A stretch of DNA of 63,981 nt, filler included, from Stramenopiles sp. TOSAG23-6 (taxonomy: Eukaryota), in NCBI GenBank assembly GCA_900128565.1. It is 4 parts of 4 records of this genome, joined end to end, with 100 filler letters (N's around TTAATTAATTAA, not from the genome) between each part and the next. Parts side by side here need not be neighbours in the genome. Positions count along the whole stretch, not along the records: positions 16,690 to 33,151 come from LT636093.1; positions 33,252 to 49,536 come from LT636094.1; 2 more parts are not named here. The stretch is one strand, 5' to 3'. The position numbers and the translations under genes are program-made. Under the pieces are notes generated by a model that did no database searches, had not been told where the DNA came from, and saw only the letters and a list, made by a program, of their open reading frames with translations. Below, in pieces: positions 21,329 to 33,302 of this stretch (position 1 is its first letter; each line of letters begins with the position of its first letter).

Positions 21329-23345
21329 ATGGCAATGCTTGCAAACTCAGCAATGATTAAAGAGGAACCGCTTCCTGCAGTTCGCCCTGCTGGAGGTGGT
21401 GCCCTTGATGGTTTCGAAGCCGCTTTTGGTGTCAAGTTAGAGTCTGCGAATCCAGTTTCGAAGCGCCCGTTCTCTTCGATATCAACACCACAGCCAGGAG
21501 GTGGTAATAAACGATGGGCAAGCAGCAGCGGTAAAGCGAAGGATGTTGATCGAAGCGGATTAATGTCTTTTGGGTCTCCAGCGCCTCGCGTGAATAACAA
21601 AGCCAAGACTCCTGCGTCAACTTTGGCTTCGCGTTATACGAGTCGCTTGAACGCCGGTAAAGTAGCTTTTACATACAATAAGCAAATTCCTGTCGCCCAG
21701 TCAACAGCTAACGAGGTATCACTTAGTACACAAATGGTTAATGCCAATGTTTCAGTGAAGGTTCTTAGAGGACTTACTAAGGAACAACCTCGATACATGT
21801 ACACCTCCATGTCCCAGAGAGCTCAGGTTATGGAAGACCGTTTACTTGGAATGAGAAAAACTCTGAAGCAACAATATCTTCTTGGAGAAATTACACCTGT
21901 AGGGGTACCTAGTCAAACTGTTGTAACTGTAGTGGGTCGAGTGTGTTGTGAGCCACCTGCTGGTATGACAGAAAATGAACGCGAGAGGTTAGATGTAAAG
22001 GGATTAATGTTAGAAGGGTCACGAGAACACTCTCGTGGAGCTCGGGTACGTCTCAATTTGAAGCGCATAGCAGCATTTTCTCTTTTCCCAGGACAAGTGG
22101 TCGCCATACAAGGTATCAATGCAAGTGGTTCAGAGATGACAGTTCATCGCATTTATCATGGATGTCCAAGGTCTGCAGCTGCAACTCCTCTGGAAGAAAT
22201 TAGAAGGTTTCAGAGCAATCGTGCTGGAAAGCCTTTATCAATATGGGCTGCGTCTGGTCCATTTACTTTAAGTAGCGATTTAAACTATTTACCCCTTGTG
22301 GACATTCTTAACGAAGCAAAAATACACTCGCCAGATGTTATCATGTATTTTTTCAGCATCAATTTTAAATTTATTTTTTTCGTACGAAAGTTTGTACCTA
22401 ACAAAAAAATTGAAAATATTTTCCCAAAATACATACTCCAAGGTCCATTTGTTGATTTAAATCACCCTATGGTAAAAAGTGGAAGACTTCGTATTCCAGA
22501 TCTAGAGAAGAAACAGACAGGTAGCACAGCAATGAAGGATGTAACTTACGACCAACTCTTTACTGAGCAAGTTATTCTTAAAATGTTGGTGGAAATGTCA
22601 CATTTAGATCTTAAAAGTAAAATTGTGTTAGTTCCGTCTATACAAGATGCACACCATACACCAGTATTTCCACAACCAGCATTTTCTTCGCGCTTCTTCA
22701 CCGATGAATTGGGTAGTGATTTCACAAATAATGGACAGATTATGTCCGTACCAAATCCCTCAACGCTGAAAATTGGAGACGTCACCATGACAGTTGTACG
22801 TTTTATATGAATTTCCAATTTAATTTTTTTTTTCATACGAAATTTCGTACCTAACGATTTTTTTGTAGAAATATTTTTTCACAATACTTGGTAGTCATGA
22901 CATTATTGGGCATCAACTTGGTCGAGACTGTTACCGCTGGGCAGCTCAAGCAGCTGCAAAGAATGCAAAACGGCCAAAGAAGCCAATGATTCTTGCAGCA
23001 AACTGTATCAACCAGCGTAGTATGTACCCAATTTTCCCACCAAAACAAGGATTTCCTCTCGACTTGGCGTTATTACGTCATGCAACTTTGCCATGTTCTC
23101 CTGATATTTTATTACTACGATCACAGCTCAATTTCTTTGCTGATGCAATGCCTAGTGCTGCAACGGGAGGTGCGAATACAATTGCTGTGAATGCTGGGAC
23201 ACTTTGCAGAAAATGTGCTCCTGGAACATATGCTCGCATTGTGATTCAGCCACTTAAGCTGGAAGATAAAGACAACCAAACAGAAAGTGAAGCCAAGACA
23301 CACCAAATTTCATCGCGAACTCGTGTTGAAATTGTTAGGATTTAA
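21329..23345 (+). CDS. POLA2: DNA polymerase alpha subunit B, three exons
   Basis: VVGRVCCE, SLFPGQVVAIQGINASG, ASGPFT. Removing 22345-22434 gives PDVIILQGPFVD; removing 22796-22889 gives NPSTLKIGDVTMTVGSHDII. Also QRSMYPIFP and PDILLLRSQLNFFA. Confidence 0.93.
22796..22889 (+). mobile_element. Introner-like intron, GT..TT, flanking TT repeat
   Basis: GTT|GTACG...CACAATACTT|GGT joins the POLA2 exons in frame. Confidence 0.8.
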
Positions 23346-23481
23346 ATGAAAAACATATTACTCTCATTACACGTATATAAGCTATATACTCGACTTTTTT
23401 GGAGAAATAAGATTGAAACACTTTTTTAGTAATTAAAAAGCTTTATTTGTCAATTATAATACATTACACTCCATATTGTTT

Positions 23482-26395
23482 TTATTTCTTTGATAATTTT
23501 TCCAATATTTTCATGCGCGTTTGTTGATCATAATTTGTCGCAGAATATATATTTTGAACAAAAGCTCGAAATGAAACAATTCCAGGAGCTTCTTGTTGGT
23601 ACTGATGAGAACGATCTTGTATCCATGATCTTGGCGTTACATTAGCTAGAACTTGACATATGGATAGTATCGCTGTTATACCCCATCCGCTTACGTTATA
23701 GGTTTCAATATTTGACTTTATCTTTTTCAACATTGGAATTATAAACCCTTTCAAAACACTCCTAATGGCAATGTTCGCTAATCTTCCTTTGATTGAAACA
23801 TCTTTAATCTTGTTACATCGGCAAATTGATAAATATAAGCATAACATTTCAAATATATTCAATGTGAATTTTTCACTAACTTGTCCCGAAATAGTATTTA
23901 TTTCAGAAGGTGGTTGAAGTAAACTAATGCAATACTCAAGACGTTGGATTACTGCATCACAGAGCATTGTGAATGGCTTCCATGGTAGTGTTTGTGATGA
24001 CGACGTTGGATTCCTATATTGGCGTTCTTTATTATGACTCATTGGTCTATACAATCCAACTTCATTTATATTATCAACAACGCTTTTCGTTTGGCGATTA
24101 CTTTTATTTGGAGCCCAACAATGCTCAATAGAATGAAGCAAACATGGTACAATGGAATATTCAACAAGAAAAGGAAGAAGTTTCTCCTCAGCCTCGCCAA
24201 TATCATAATCATCTCTAGCACCCTCAGTAAAGATATGATTGTAGCTATACAAATCCTTCCACCACAAAAACTGTTGGAATCCAATCACACCCATATCATC
24301 ATCATATAATTTGTCATTTAAAGATTCGTCAGATGGTGGGGGTTGAGGACCAAAGGATGAAACAGGTTCCAATGGCTTCAATATAAGTGGATCCCATGTA
24401 GAAAGTACCTCTAACTTTGCCCATATAGATATTAATTGAGGCATTGAAAACGCTACGTACGCTTGACCATAGGCTTCAGGGGATGTTATACGAATTTTAC
24501 GAAATCTTTCAACAACTTGTTGTAAAGACTTACAATTTGATTTTTCATCTACATCTGAAAATACCAAAGATGCTGCTTCAAGTGCACTTTTCCTTCTTTC
24601 TTCGATAGAATCATATATAGATTGTTCAAATGGTAAAATCGCATTTACTGTAAACTTTCCTTCAGATGAAATACATCGAAAGTTTGGACAACCAAATTGA
24701 ATGCTAAATCCACTTCTATCAAAACCACATGATAATTTATCAATCGATTTTAATGCATTCATTAAAAAACTCATAGATTCTCTCGGATGCATTGTACTAT
24801 TCGTAAGCCATAATTTACATACTTCAATGGATGAAATGTATTTTGGAAAAATATTTCAAAAAAAACGACTAAAATTTGTTAGGTACACAATTTTTTGAAA
24901 AAAATAAATTCGGAATTGAAAAAAATAAAACATACATGATTCTCGGATTATTTGGCATTTCTTCTGTGACATTTTTAATACAGGTTTGTACTTTGTTTGT
25001 AGCATCAATTCGTAGTTGATAAATTGCTTGCTCTAACTGATCGACTTTTGGTAATTTATCTCGTACACAACCAACTAGAGTTTTCCCATAATCGGCAAAC
25101 TTTTGTAAAAAAACATGTACTAAAGAATAATATTTTTGTTTTGTAAAATTTGTTAGGTATGAAATTTCGTATGAAAAAAAAAATTAGATAAAAAATTAAA
25201 AAAAAATCAAACCTACATACTCATTTGATAAAATATCTATTTGTTTTTCTATTGATTTAGCTGATTTTTTTGCTTCTACAGATCTTTCTTCCATTTCAAT
25301 CAATTTTTGTTCAGATTGGTATTGAATACTTTCTACTGCTCGTAATTGAGTCTTGAGAATTTGTATTATTTCTACAGTTGTACGAAGGGTAGATAAATCA
25401 CTACTTGAATATTCACTCATGGGACGTACAGTCATCGTAGGGTTATTGTTGTTTTTACTTTGAAATGTATTCGAAACTTTACCAAAACTAGCTTTGAGTG
25501 CACGCTGTATCTGCTGTTGCTCCCACACACTTTGCGTTTGACCAGTAGCTACAGTAGAAGAAATATTATCTATGTCATCAACACTAAGCTTTGTAGACGT
25601 CTTATTGATTCGTTCGGTAGAAAAATCAGTCGGTCTCAATTTGGAATGTCTTCCTACATTTACATTGTCGTCACCAGTGACTAATACAGAGTCATCACGT
25701 TGACCATCACGTTGGCCAAGTAACACGAAATCACTTCCTTTTTCTAGCGACCCTTCTTTTGTATTCCGCTGATGAGCTCTTTGTAGCTTTGCTTGTCGAA
25801 TCTTACCAGCATCGAAGAGCGGCTTTGCTAATGATATATCATCACCGGGTAACTGTGCATCATCTTCAAGACTGTACTGTTCCGATTGGTCCTTCGTGAC
25901 ATTTATTGTTTTGTACTGTTGCTGCTTACGAAGTTTTGCAAGAGACTCCACAGAGTAATTCCCCCCACCACTTATTGTACGATTGGTACTATTTATCGAT
26001 ACTTCCTCTTTACGTAGTAGAGTAGAAGCTTCTTTTGTTTTTCGTGTACTACTGTTCTTTGTTTTTTTTCGATGCAGCGCACGTGATACTTTAGACTTTT
26101 TAACTTTGAAGACGGATGTCTCTTCACCTTCCAGCTCATCTGTGCAGAGGCTCATACCTCTACTATTGATCAAAGTATTGTGATTTGTACTACTACTTCT
26201 AAAATTGCTGTTGCTTTTCTTACCCTTTTTACGTGAACGTTTTTTAAATTTCGGCATATCAGATTTTGGTACTGTTATTGGAGCTTCCACAGGAGTTGAA
26301 CTTATACTGACATCTTCATCTAGATCACCAACTGACGACGTAGGTCTAAAGGAAGCCATTCGTCTCCTACGTTTTCTTTTATTAAATTCAGACAT
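23482..26395 (-). CDS. GC-rich sequence DNA-binding factor-like protein (GCFC2/PAXBP1 family), three exons
   Basis: WEQQQIQRA; YVFLQKFADYGKTLVGCVRDKLPKV after removing 25115-25216; VFSDVDE and YGQAYVAFSMP..WDPL. Second intron 24836-24935 joins in frame. Confidence 0.8.
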
Positions 26396-26708
26396 TTGAA
26401 CACTATAATCTATGATTTCAGTGAGAAAATACTGAGCCGCAAATAGAGAGTTAATCAGGAGAAAACGTTAGGTTCATTTCAATAATATTAGTACACCACG
26501 TTATCAATGATTAGTTCGTCACGAGTGTCGGAGAAATATTTCGCGATCGCTCAAGCTAACCCTAACCCTAAGCGATTATTGTTGGGTCGTGCCGTGATTC
26601 CTGGGCAGTCAAAAAGTTTGGAGACCCTGACACCCTGTCATAATCGTCATAAGAATATGATAATATCTGATAACTTTTCGAAAAAGACGTAGAGTTTCGA
26701 AAATTTGC

Positions 26709-27809
26709 ATGGCATTACTGAGTACAATTCCGCTTTATCAGGTGGACGCTTTCGCCGAAGCCCCATTTGCTGGTAATCCGGCTGCTGTATGTTTATTGGC
26801 ACCTGGAGTTCAGCCCAGTGATGACGTTCTTTTGAAGATTGCTCAAGAAATGAACTTATCAGAAACTGCGTTTGTTCAAATAGTAGAAGGAGTTGATTTT
26901 AGCTCGGGTCGGAAATTTCGCTTGAGGTGGTTCACTCCAATGTGTGAAGTTGCTTTATGTGGCCATGCAACTATGGCGACTGCTTCTGTGATATTTTACC
27001 AAAAAGGAAATAAAAATCAAAAGATCGAGTTTGAGACAACCCAAGGCGCAGGCAGTCTATTTGCTTCTATTGGTCCAGTGGATAGTGGATATCAGACTGT
27101 TTGTATGGAACTCCCAGTCAATGCACCAACGTCATCAACTCGATACACACTCGAAAATATCTTGGTGAAGAGACTTGCAAAGGCTCTAGGTTCAAATATA
27201 TGTCCAAACATATTGTCACACTTGGTAGACGTTCAGTATTCTCAGACAACTAAGAAACTTTTACTTCGTCTTGATGATACGTTTAGTCGAAAGGAACTTG
27301 AAGATTTGAAGCCAAACATTTCTGATTTATTAGCCGCGACAAAAGGTAGTGACGGTGTAAAAGGTCTAATTATAACTCTACGAGGAAATGGAAAATATGT
27401 ATGTTTTATTTTTTTTCAAATTTTATTTTGTTTCATACGAAATTTTGTACCTAACGAATTTTTTTTTTCAAATATTTTTCCAAAATACATAATTTTTATT
27501 CAAGATATTTTGCACCCTGGGTAGGTATCAATGAAGACCCAGTGACTGGAAGCGCCCATACAGTTTTAGCTCCATACTGGAGTCTTCAATTAAACGTAAA
27601 AACTCTACATGCAAGGCAATGTGTACGTTTTATTTTTTTTCACGAATTTTTTTTCGTACGAAATTTTGTACCTAACGATTTTTTTTTTCAAATATTTTTC
27701 CAAAATACGTTCTGCCAGGGGTGGGGATTTATTCTTGGAAATTTGTGGTAAATTTCTGTCTGTCACTGGAAGCACTGCTTTAGTTTTTTCTGGGGATCTC
27801 GTATTGTGA
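26709..27809 (+). CDS. PBLD: PhzF/PBLD-family epimerase-like protein, three exons
   Basis: QVDAFAEAPFAGNPAAVC, EMNLSETAF, LRWFTP.CEVALCGHAT. Removing 27399-27490 and 27623-27710 gives KYNFYSRYFAPWVGINEDPVTGSAH and ARQCSARGG. Confidence 0.93.
27399..27490 (+). mobile_element. Type example of the introner-like non-AG intron (GT..AT, flanking AT repeat)
   Basis: TAT|GTATGTTTT..CATACGAAATTTTGTACCTAAC..GAAATATTTTTCCAAAATAC-like end..AT|AAT; removal restores YNFYSRYFAPW. Confidence 0.85.
27623..27710 (+). mobile_element. Introner-like intron, GT..GT, flanking GT repeat
   Basis: TGT|GTACG...AAAATACGT|TCT restores QCSARGG; the intron contains no AG. Confidence 0.85.
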
Positions 27810-28136
27810 AAAACACGAAATTTTACCAAAAAAAACTGGTTTCGTACGAAAAAAAATCGAAATTGAAAAGATATCACAAAATATTTGAAAAAAAAATCGT
27901 TAGGTACGAAATTTCGTACGAAAAAAAATCGAAATTGAAAAGATATCACAAACATTAGTGTCTTTGGAAAAGTGTAAAACAGAGCATAATACGAAATATA
28001 TAGTGCATATTATTATTATTATTATTATTTATAGTATACTATTATTCGTTATGTACAGAATTTGGTTTAGTTTTTTATTATTTGAGTATTTTTGTATCCT
28101 TGTAGGTTTTTTTTTTTGAGGTGATGTCAACAACTG

Positions 28137-29851
28137 TTATTTCTTGTTAGGGTTAGGGTCAACAACTGGGATTTCTTTTTCAACCTCTCTTTTTCGTTTT
28201 CCTTTACTATCTTTTTTCCTTCTTTTTTTTTCAGCTGGGGGGAATAAATACACATCAAACCTTTCTTTTAATTCATCCCAGTGGAAGCGTCGAAGCTTAA
28301 CACCATGAAGTATCTCACGCCTGTATTATAAAAAAAATATGTCAAACATTTCATTTCTTTATTAGGGTTAGGGTTAATAAAATATGGTACATTTTTTTTT
28401 TATAGTATACACGTACACCCTATCACGCAATCGACTGGGATAATTACAAAAATCTTTCAATTTTCTTACCAGTTGTCTTTCAGTGTTATAAAGACATTCT
28501 TTGGGGAAAAAGTCTGGATACGAAAGTCTATTTGGACAAACCGGGAAACATGTCTTGTGGGAAAAAAAAATTACAAAAAAAAATTGTTAGGTACGAAATT
28601 TCGTATGAAAATCAAAAAAAAAAAAAAAATTAGAAATTCATATAAAACGTACATCCTTGCCAAGCACATTCTAGTGTACTTACACCAAAAAATTCGTGAT
28701 CTGCAGTAGATAGTGCCACGTCAGCATCCCGAAGCACATTTAAATATTCCTTTCGAGAAGGTAGATACCCCCAATGTAAAACATGATTATTAAGTTTTTC
28801 TCTTGCACTTTTGAATATTTCAGGGGTCTCTTTAAAACTTTCTCCAAGAATTGAGATCTTAAAGTTACATGTATTGTAGGAAAATATTTTTTTTTAGTAA
28901 ATTTTTTTGTTAGGTACGAAATTTCGTACGAAAAAAAAAACTAAATTTGGAAATTAATGATAAAAACATACATCCTTTATCTTTTAATTCAAGAAGCACG
29001 CGGAATAATAAATCTGGATTTTTGTCGAATTCCCAGCGGTGGGCCCATACAATATGTAAAGGTAACGTTGTACCAAATGTGTCAGAAGAACGTGAGGTGT
29101 AATTTTCAACTACATTGATTTTTCTATTGAGGTTATTTGGTAAAAGTAACTTATTTTCAATTGAGTTGTTTTTTCTATCGGAATTTTTTTTTTCATCGGT
29201 TGTATCCAATGAAACAATAGTAGCACCTTTAGATAAATGATGTAAAGGTTTAACATCTACTAAAGGTGTAGATGGGGACATATGCAATGGGAAAAAGAGA
29301 ACATCGGATTTAGCTTGGATGCGTTCAACAACATTTGAAGGACGACAGTCTTTTGGTATACGTGATAATATACGAGGTATGTTATCTAAAAAACATTTAC
29401 GATTATAGGAAGAATTAAATAACACCACATCCGCAACGAGAGAAGAAACAATTTGATTCCACCCAAGAGCCCAGTCACGTTGACCCGCAGCATCTTTTTG
29501 GCGACTTGGATAAGTCAGCTGGTTTTCATGGAAATAATATACCTTATGTAAACTCGATAAATCGGGACGCATTCCAAGAAGTTCACACAAATTCAGCATT
29601 GAGCTCGCAAATAATGAAGTAGTATTGTTTTTTGATGGGTTAGGAATTATCGTTGCGAAATGGGCCGCTGATACCAACAACCGCCAGTGCCATTTTTTAC
29701 CTGGAAGAGTAAAAATATCTAAAGAATGACAAGAACTCGGGGAGTTGTAAGTTTTAGCTAAGAGATCTACAAACTGCTGATGTGAACCTCCACCAAACGG
29801 CTCAATTAAGATTGCATGTCGTGCATTCGTTTTAACAAGCAAATCAGTCAT
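28137..29851 (-). CDS. GTDC1: GTDC1-like GT4 glycosyltransferase (DUF3524), four exons
   Basis: EPFGGGSH, KWHWR, YFHENQLTYP, FNSSYN, WAHRWEFDKNP, HEFFGVS. Introns 28869-28971, 28550-28652 and 28321-28416 restore the frame (GCFPVCPNRLSYP). Confidence 0.9.
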
Positions 29852-30303
29852 TACATCAGTATCGTCAGTTGAATAGCTCTGTAGTTACACCTATTAGAAT
29901 TAGAAGGTAGTAGTATCTATTACGAACTGACTGACTACTGACTTGTGTCTTTGTTTTTTTTCGAAATTTCGTGTCTAAATATTAAGATACTAATAATGTC
30001 TGTAAAACACTACCACAAAAGGTACAACATCAAGTAAAATTAATGGTTGAAGCGGCGTTTATTCTAATATAAAGTTATGCTTAAACACCTTCTTTTGTAC
30101 CTTTATATATACCTGACGTCTATCTCTTTATAAAATCGCACACTTCCAAGCTGATCGAACACGAACGTAATTCTAAAAAAAAAACTAAAAAATATTCAAA
30201 AAAAATTCTTGTGACCAAGGCTAAACAGTTCAACATGATGAATTAGGTAACTTAATTATATTTATCGTTGAAAATCAATAAGATTATTGTACGTACTATG
30301 ACG

Positions 30304-31491
30304 TCAATTCTGTTTCAATATTGAATGAACATCAGCTTCTGAAACTCCTAACGATGAAGCAGCATGAAGAATCTCAGACCACGTACCTTCGCTAATGGGT
30401 ATGCCATCCATTATTCTCTTCTCGTACATATTTCTCTCGGGTTCACCAGGAATCATGACATCATCGGAACTCCCTGGTCTTCTCTCTGCAGCAGTGACAT
30501 ACGACATTAATTGCTCTGTTTCGGAGGCTAACTGTGGTGCTTCTGAGGTGGACGTTCTTGATGGATCAATAATTACAGTAAACATTGAATTAATAATAGT
30601 ATCATCGCGCTCCCACTCAGGTGCAATTGTTTGACCACCAGTTGCAACTGCTCCAATTAATTCGCACATTAGCGCTAATGCGTAGCCTTTATGGTCACCA
30701 AATGGTAGTAAAGAACCCTTCTTTTCACAAAACTTGACACTTGGATCTTTTGTTTCTCTTCCACTGTGATCTAATAAGCAACCTTGAGGCATCAACTCTC
30801 CTCTCCCATATGCTTCACGTACTTTACCCAATGCAACTTGACTAGTTGCATAATCTAGAATAATGTCACACCTTTTGACATTGTCTGCTTTATCTGTCAG
30901 GTCTGGAAAACCAATACATATAGGATTCGTTCCAAGCTTTGCTTCTCCACCATTATGAGGGGCAACAAGCGGTTCGTGTCCAGCTACATTGACGAAATGC
31001 AGCGACATAAAACCGGCAGCTGTGCACATTTCAGCCCAAGCACCAATCCTTGCTAGATGATGTGAATTTCTAAGTGATACTATACACATTTTATGCTCAC
31101 GTGCCTTTTGAATACCAAGCTTCATAGCCTCCTTGCCAACTGACTGTCCATATCCACGACCTCCATCAAGCGAAATCATTGTGTCGCTTTCTCCTATAAT
31201 CTTTACACTTTGATTTGGTACTAAGTTTGATTTTAATGCTGTGCGTATATAGCGAGGTAAATAGCCTACACCATGAGAGTCGTGACCCTTAAGGTTTGAC
31301 ATCACAAGATTTTCAGCAATACGGCAAGACTCGTCAATATCAGAGCCACAAAGCTGTGTAAGATGTGAAACGAGAGCCCGTAAGGGGACAGCGGCAACAA
31401 TTTGGGCTGAATCATGCACCGCAGATGATGACGCTCTGAAAAAAGAGGAATTGTCTCTCAAACAACGTGCTAAATTTCGATGCACCAGCAT
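30304..31491 (-). CDS. Ldh_2 (type-2 malate/L-lactate dehydrogenase, YbiC-like) oxidoreductase with a transit-peptide-like N terminus
   Basis: GHDSHGVGYLPRY, DGGRGYGQ, RNSHH, LGTNP, LDYATS, LLPFGDHKGYALA and IPGE motifs. Confidence 0.9.
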   Translation of the reverse strand: MLVHRNLARCLRDNSSFFRASSSAVHDSAQIVAAVPLRALVSHLTQLCGSDIDESCRIAENLVMSNLKGHDSHGVGYLPRYIRTALKSNLVPNQSVKIIGESDTMISLDGGRGYGQSVGKEAMKLGIQKAREHKMCIVSLRNSHHLARIGAWAEMCTAAGFMSLHFVNVAGHEPLVAPHNGGEAKLGTNPICIGFPDLTDKADNVKRCDIILDYATSQVALGKVREAYGRGELMPQGCLLDHSGRETKDPSVKFCEKKGSLLPFGDHKGYALALMCELIGAVATGGQTIAPEWERDDTIINSMFTVIIDPSRTSTSEAPQLASETEQLMSYVTAAERRPGSSDDVMIPGEPERNMYEKRIMDGIPISEGTWSEILHAASSLGVSEADVHSILKQN

Positions 31492-31789
31492 CCTACTACT
31501 ACTTGATGATAATTGGTGGAAATAATTGATAAAATACTTATATTATAAAATAATCAACAACAAAAGTTAAACAAACAACAATCCATCAATCGAAAATCGG
31601 GAGTTTTTTTTATGATCAAAATCTCCGATCATCTCGATTCTCGAATCGCGACGCAATCGCGACCGTCGACGACAAAATAATATTGAATGAATATTCTCTG
31701 CTAATGTCTCGATGATGATTGATTTTTCCTGTCGTGTCTATCATATCCTTTAGCATGTTTCGTGTTTGTTTTATTGCTTTGTAAGAACA

Positions 31790-33059
31790 ATGTCGAGTTC
31801 TCTTGATAACCTTATGCTACTTGGAATTTTCCTTTCAACTGTCTGGGCTTTTGGTATTTTCTTGGCGCCTTTGAAATCAGTGATGGTTGGAGAAATAGTT
31901 GCTGGAGCTGTTCTTGGTCCATATGCACTAGATTGGATTATAGATATGAATACCACAAATACTGTTGGTCAACTTGGATTAAGCCTTCTTGTTCTAGAAG
32001 GTGGTTTAAGTGTCAACACTTCCAAGTTAAAGAAAGCAGGGGTGAGGTCTTGTCTTATTGCTGTAACTGGCACAGTAGTTCCCTTGGGATTAGGATTATT
32101 GACCTTGTTAATATTTTGTATATACTACAAGCAATACTTTCAAAGTCATTCATTTTGTAATATCTCATCTTATTTATTTGCAACATAGTTGATATAATGT
32201 ACACATAATATTCATTCGGCTATCCGTTCCGCGCGTCAATCGTTGGAGGTACTTGTATCTCGAGTACTTCAATAGGTATAGCCACGCGCCTTCTTAGAGA
32301 TGCAAAAGAATTGAATTCCGAATTAGGTAGTCTAATATCGGTTGCTGCGATAATCGATGATGTTTTATCGCTTATAATCATTGCAGTGATTTCAAATATC
32401 AGTGACATAGATAATACAGATAAAAATGTAGCTTTTGTTTGCACACGTCCGATTGTTGCTTCCATTGGAGTCTTTGTCTGTTTTGTACTCTTGAGCAAAG
32501 TAGTGTCTCTTATAATGCCATGGTTGCACTTTCATTTGGTGTTCCACGATAATGTATCAAATGGGTTGAGTTGCCATACATCAGTAGCAATGGAGACAAA
32601 AAAACAAAATAAGGAATTTATTCATGATACACCACCTCTAATAGAGTCAAACACAGAAACAAAAAAAACAAAAAAAACAAAAAAAACAAAACAAAGTCAA
32701 ATAAATGAAAATTTTGATGAAATATCGAAATCAACTAAAGAAAATGAAATCAATCAGTCAATAAAGAAAAAGGACTTTTTAAAACATATTTTTGAGTTGT
32801 GTAAGTTAGGTTACAATGAAGTTTTATTAAGTTTTCTTTTTTTATCTGGATTTGGAATGTCAGCTATTTCTGGATATGCAGGATCAACTTATTTATTAGG
32901 AATTTTCTTTACTGGTGTCGCATTCGCTTCAGTTAGTGGTATACAAAATATTTGGGAAAGTCGGGTCGCTGAAATTGCAAATTGGCTTGCGTCTATATTT
33001 TTTGCAAGTGTTGGTGCTACTGTGCCAATATCTTCCTTATTTAGTACAACTGTTTTACC
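31790..33059 (+). CDS. CPA2-family Na+(K+)/H+ antiporter, 3' truncated
   Basis: VGEIVAGAVLGP, LLVLEGGL, SSTSIGI, AAIIDDVLSL, IFFASVG. Intron 32118-32215 (GT..AT) restores the frame; the next intron runs into the spacer. Confidence 0.85.
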
Positions 33060-33151
33060 GTATGTTTTATTTTTTTTCAAATTCGAAGTTTTTTTTTCGT
33101 ACGCAATTTTGTACCTAACGATTTTTTTTTGAAATATTTTTCCAAAATACA

Positions 33152-33251
33152 NNNNNNNNNNNNNNNNNNNNNNNNNNNNNNNNNNNNNNNNNNNNTTAAT
33201 TAATTAANNNNNNNNNNNNNNNNNNNNNNNNNNNNNNNNNNNNNNNNNNNN
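33152..33251. other. Artificial contig spacer
   Basis: Same 100-nt N/TTAATTAATTAA/N linker. Confidence 0.99.
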
Positions 33252-33302
33252 TCGTACGAAAAAAAAATCGATTTTTTTGTTAAAAAAAAAAATAAAACAT
33301 AC

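Noticed and set aside
22345-22434. Recurrent peptides [18 protein letters not shown] and FRTKFRT in many ORFs as a protein domain
   Set aside because: They are the three-frame translations of the intron core; this 90-nt intron simply lacks a stop.
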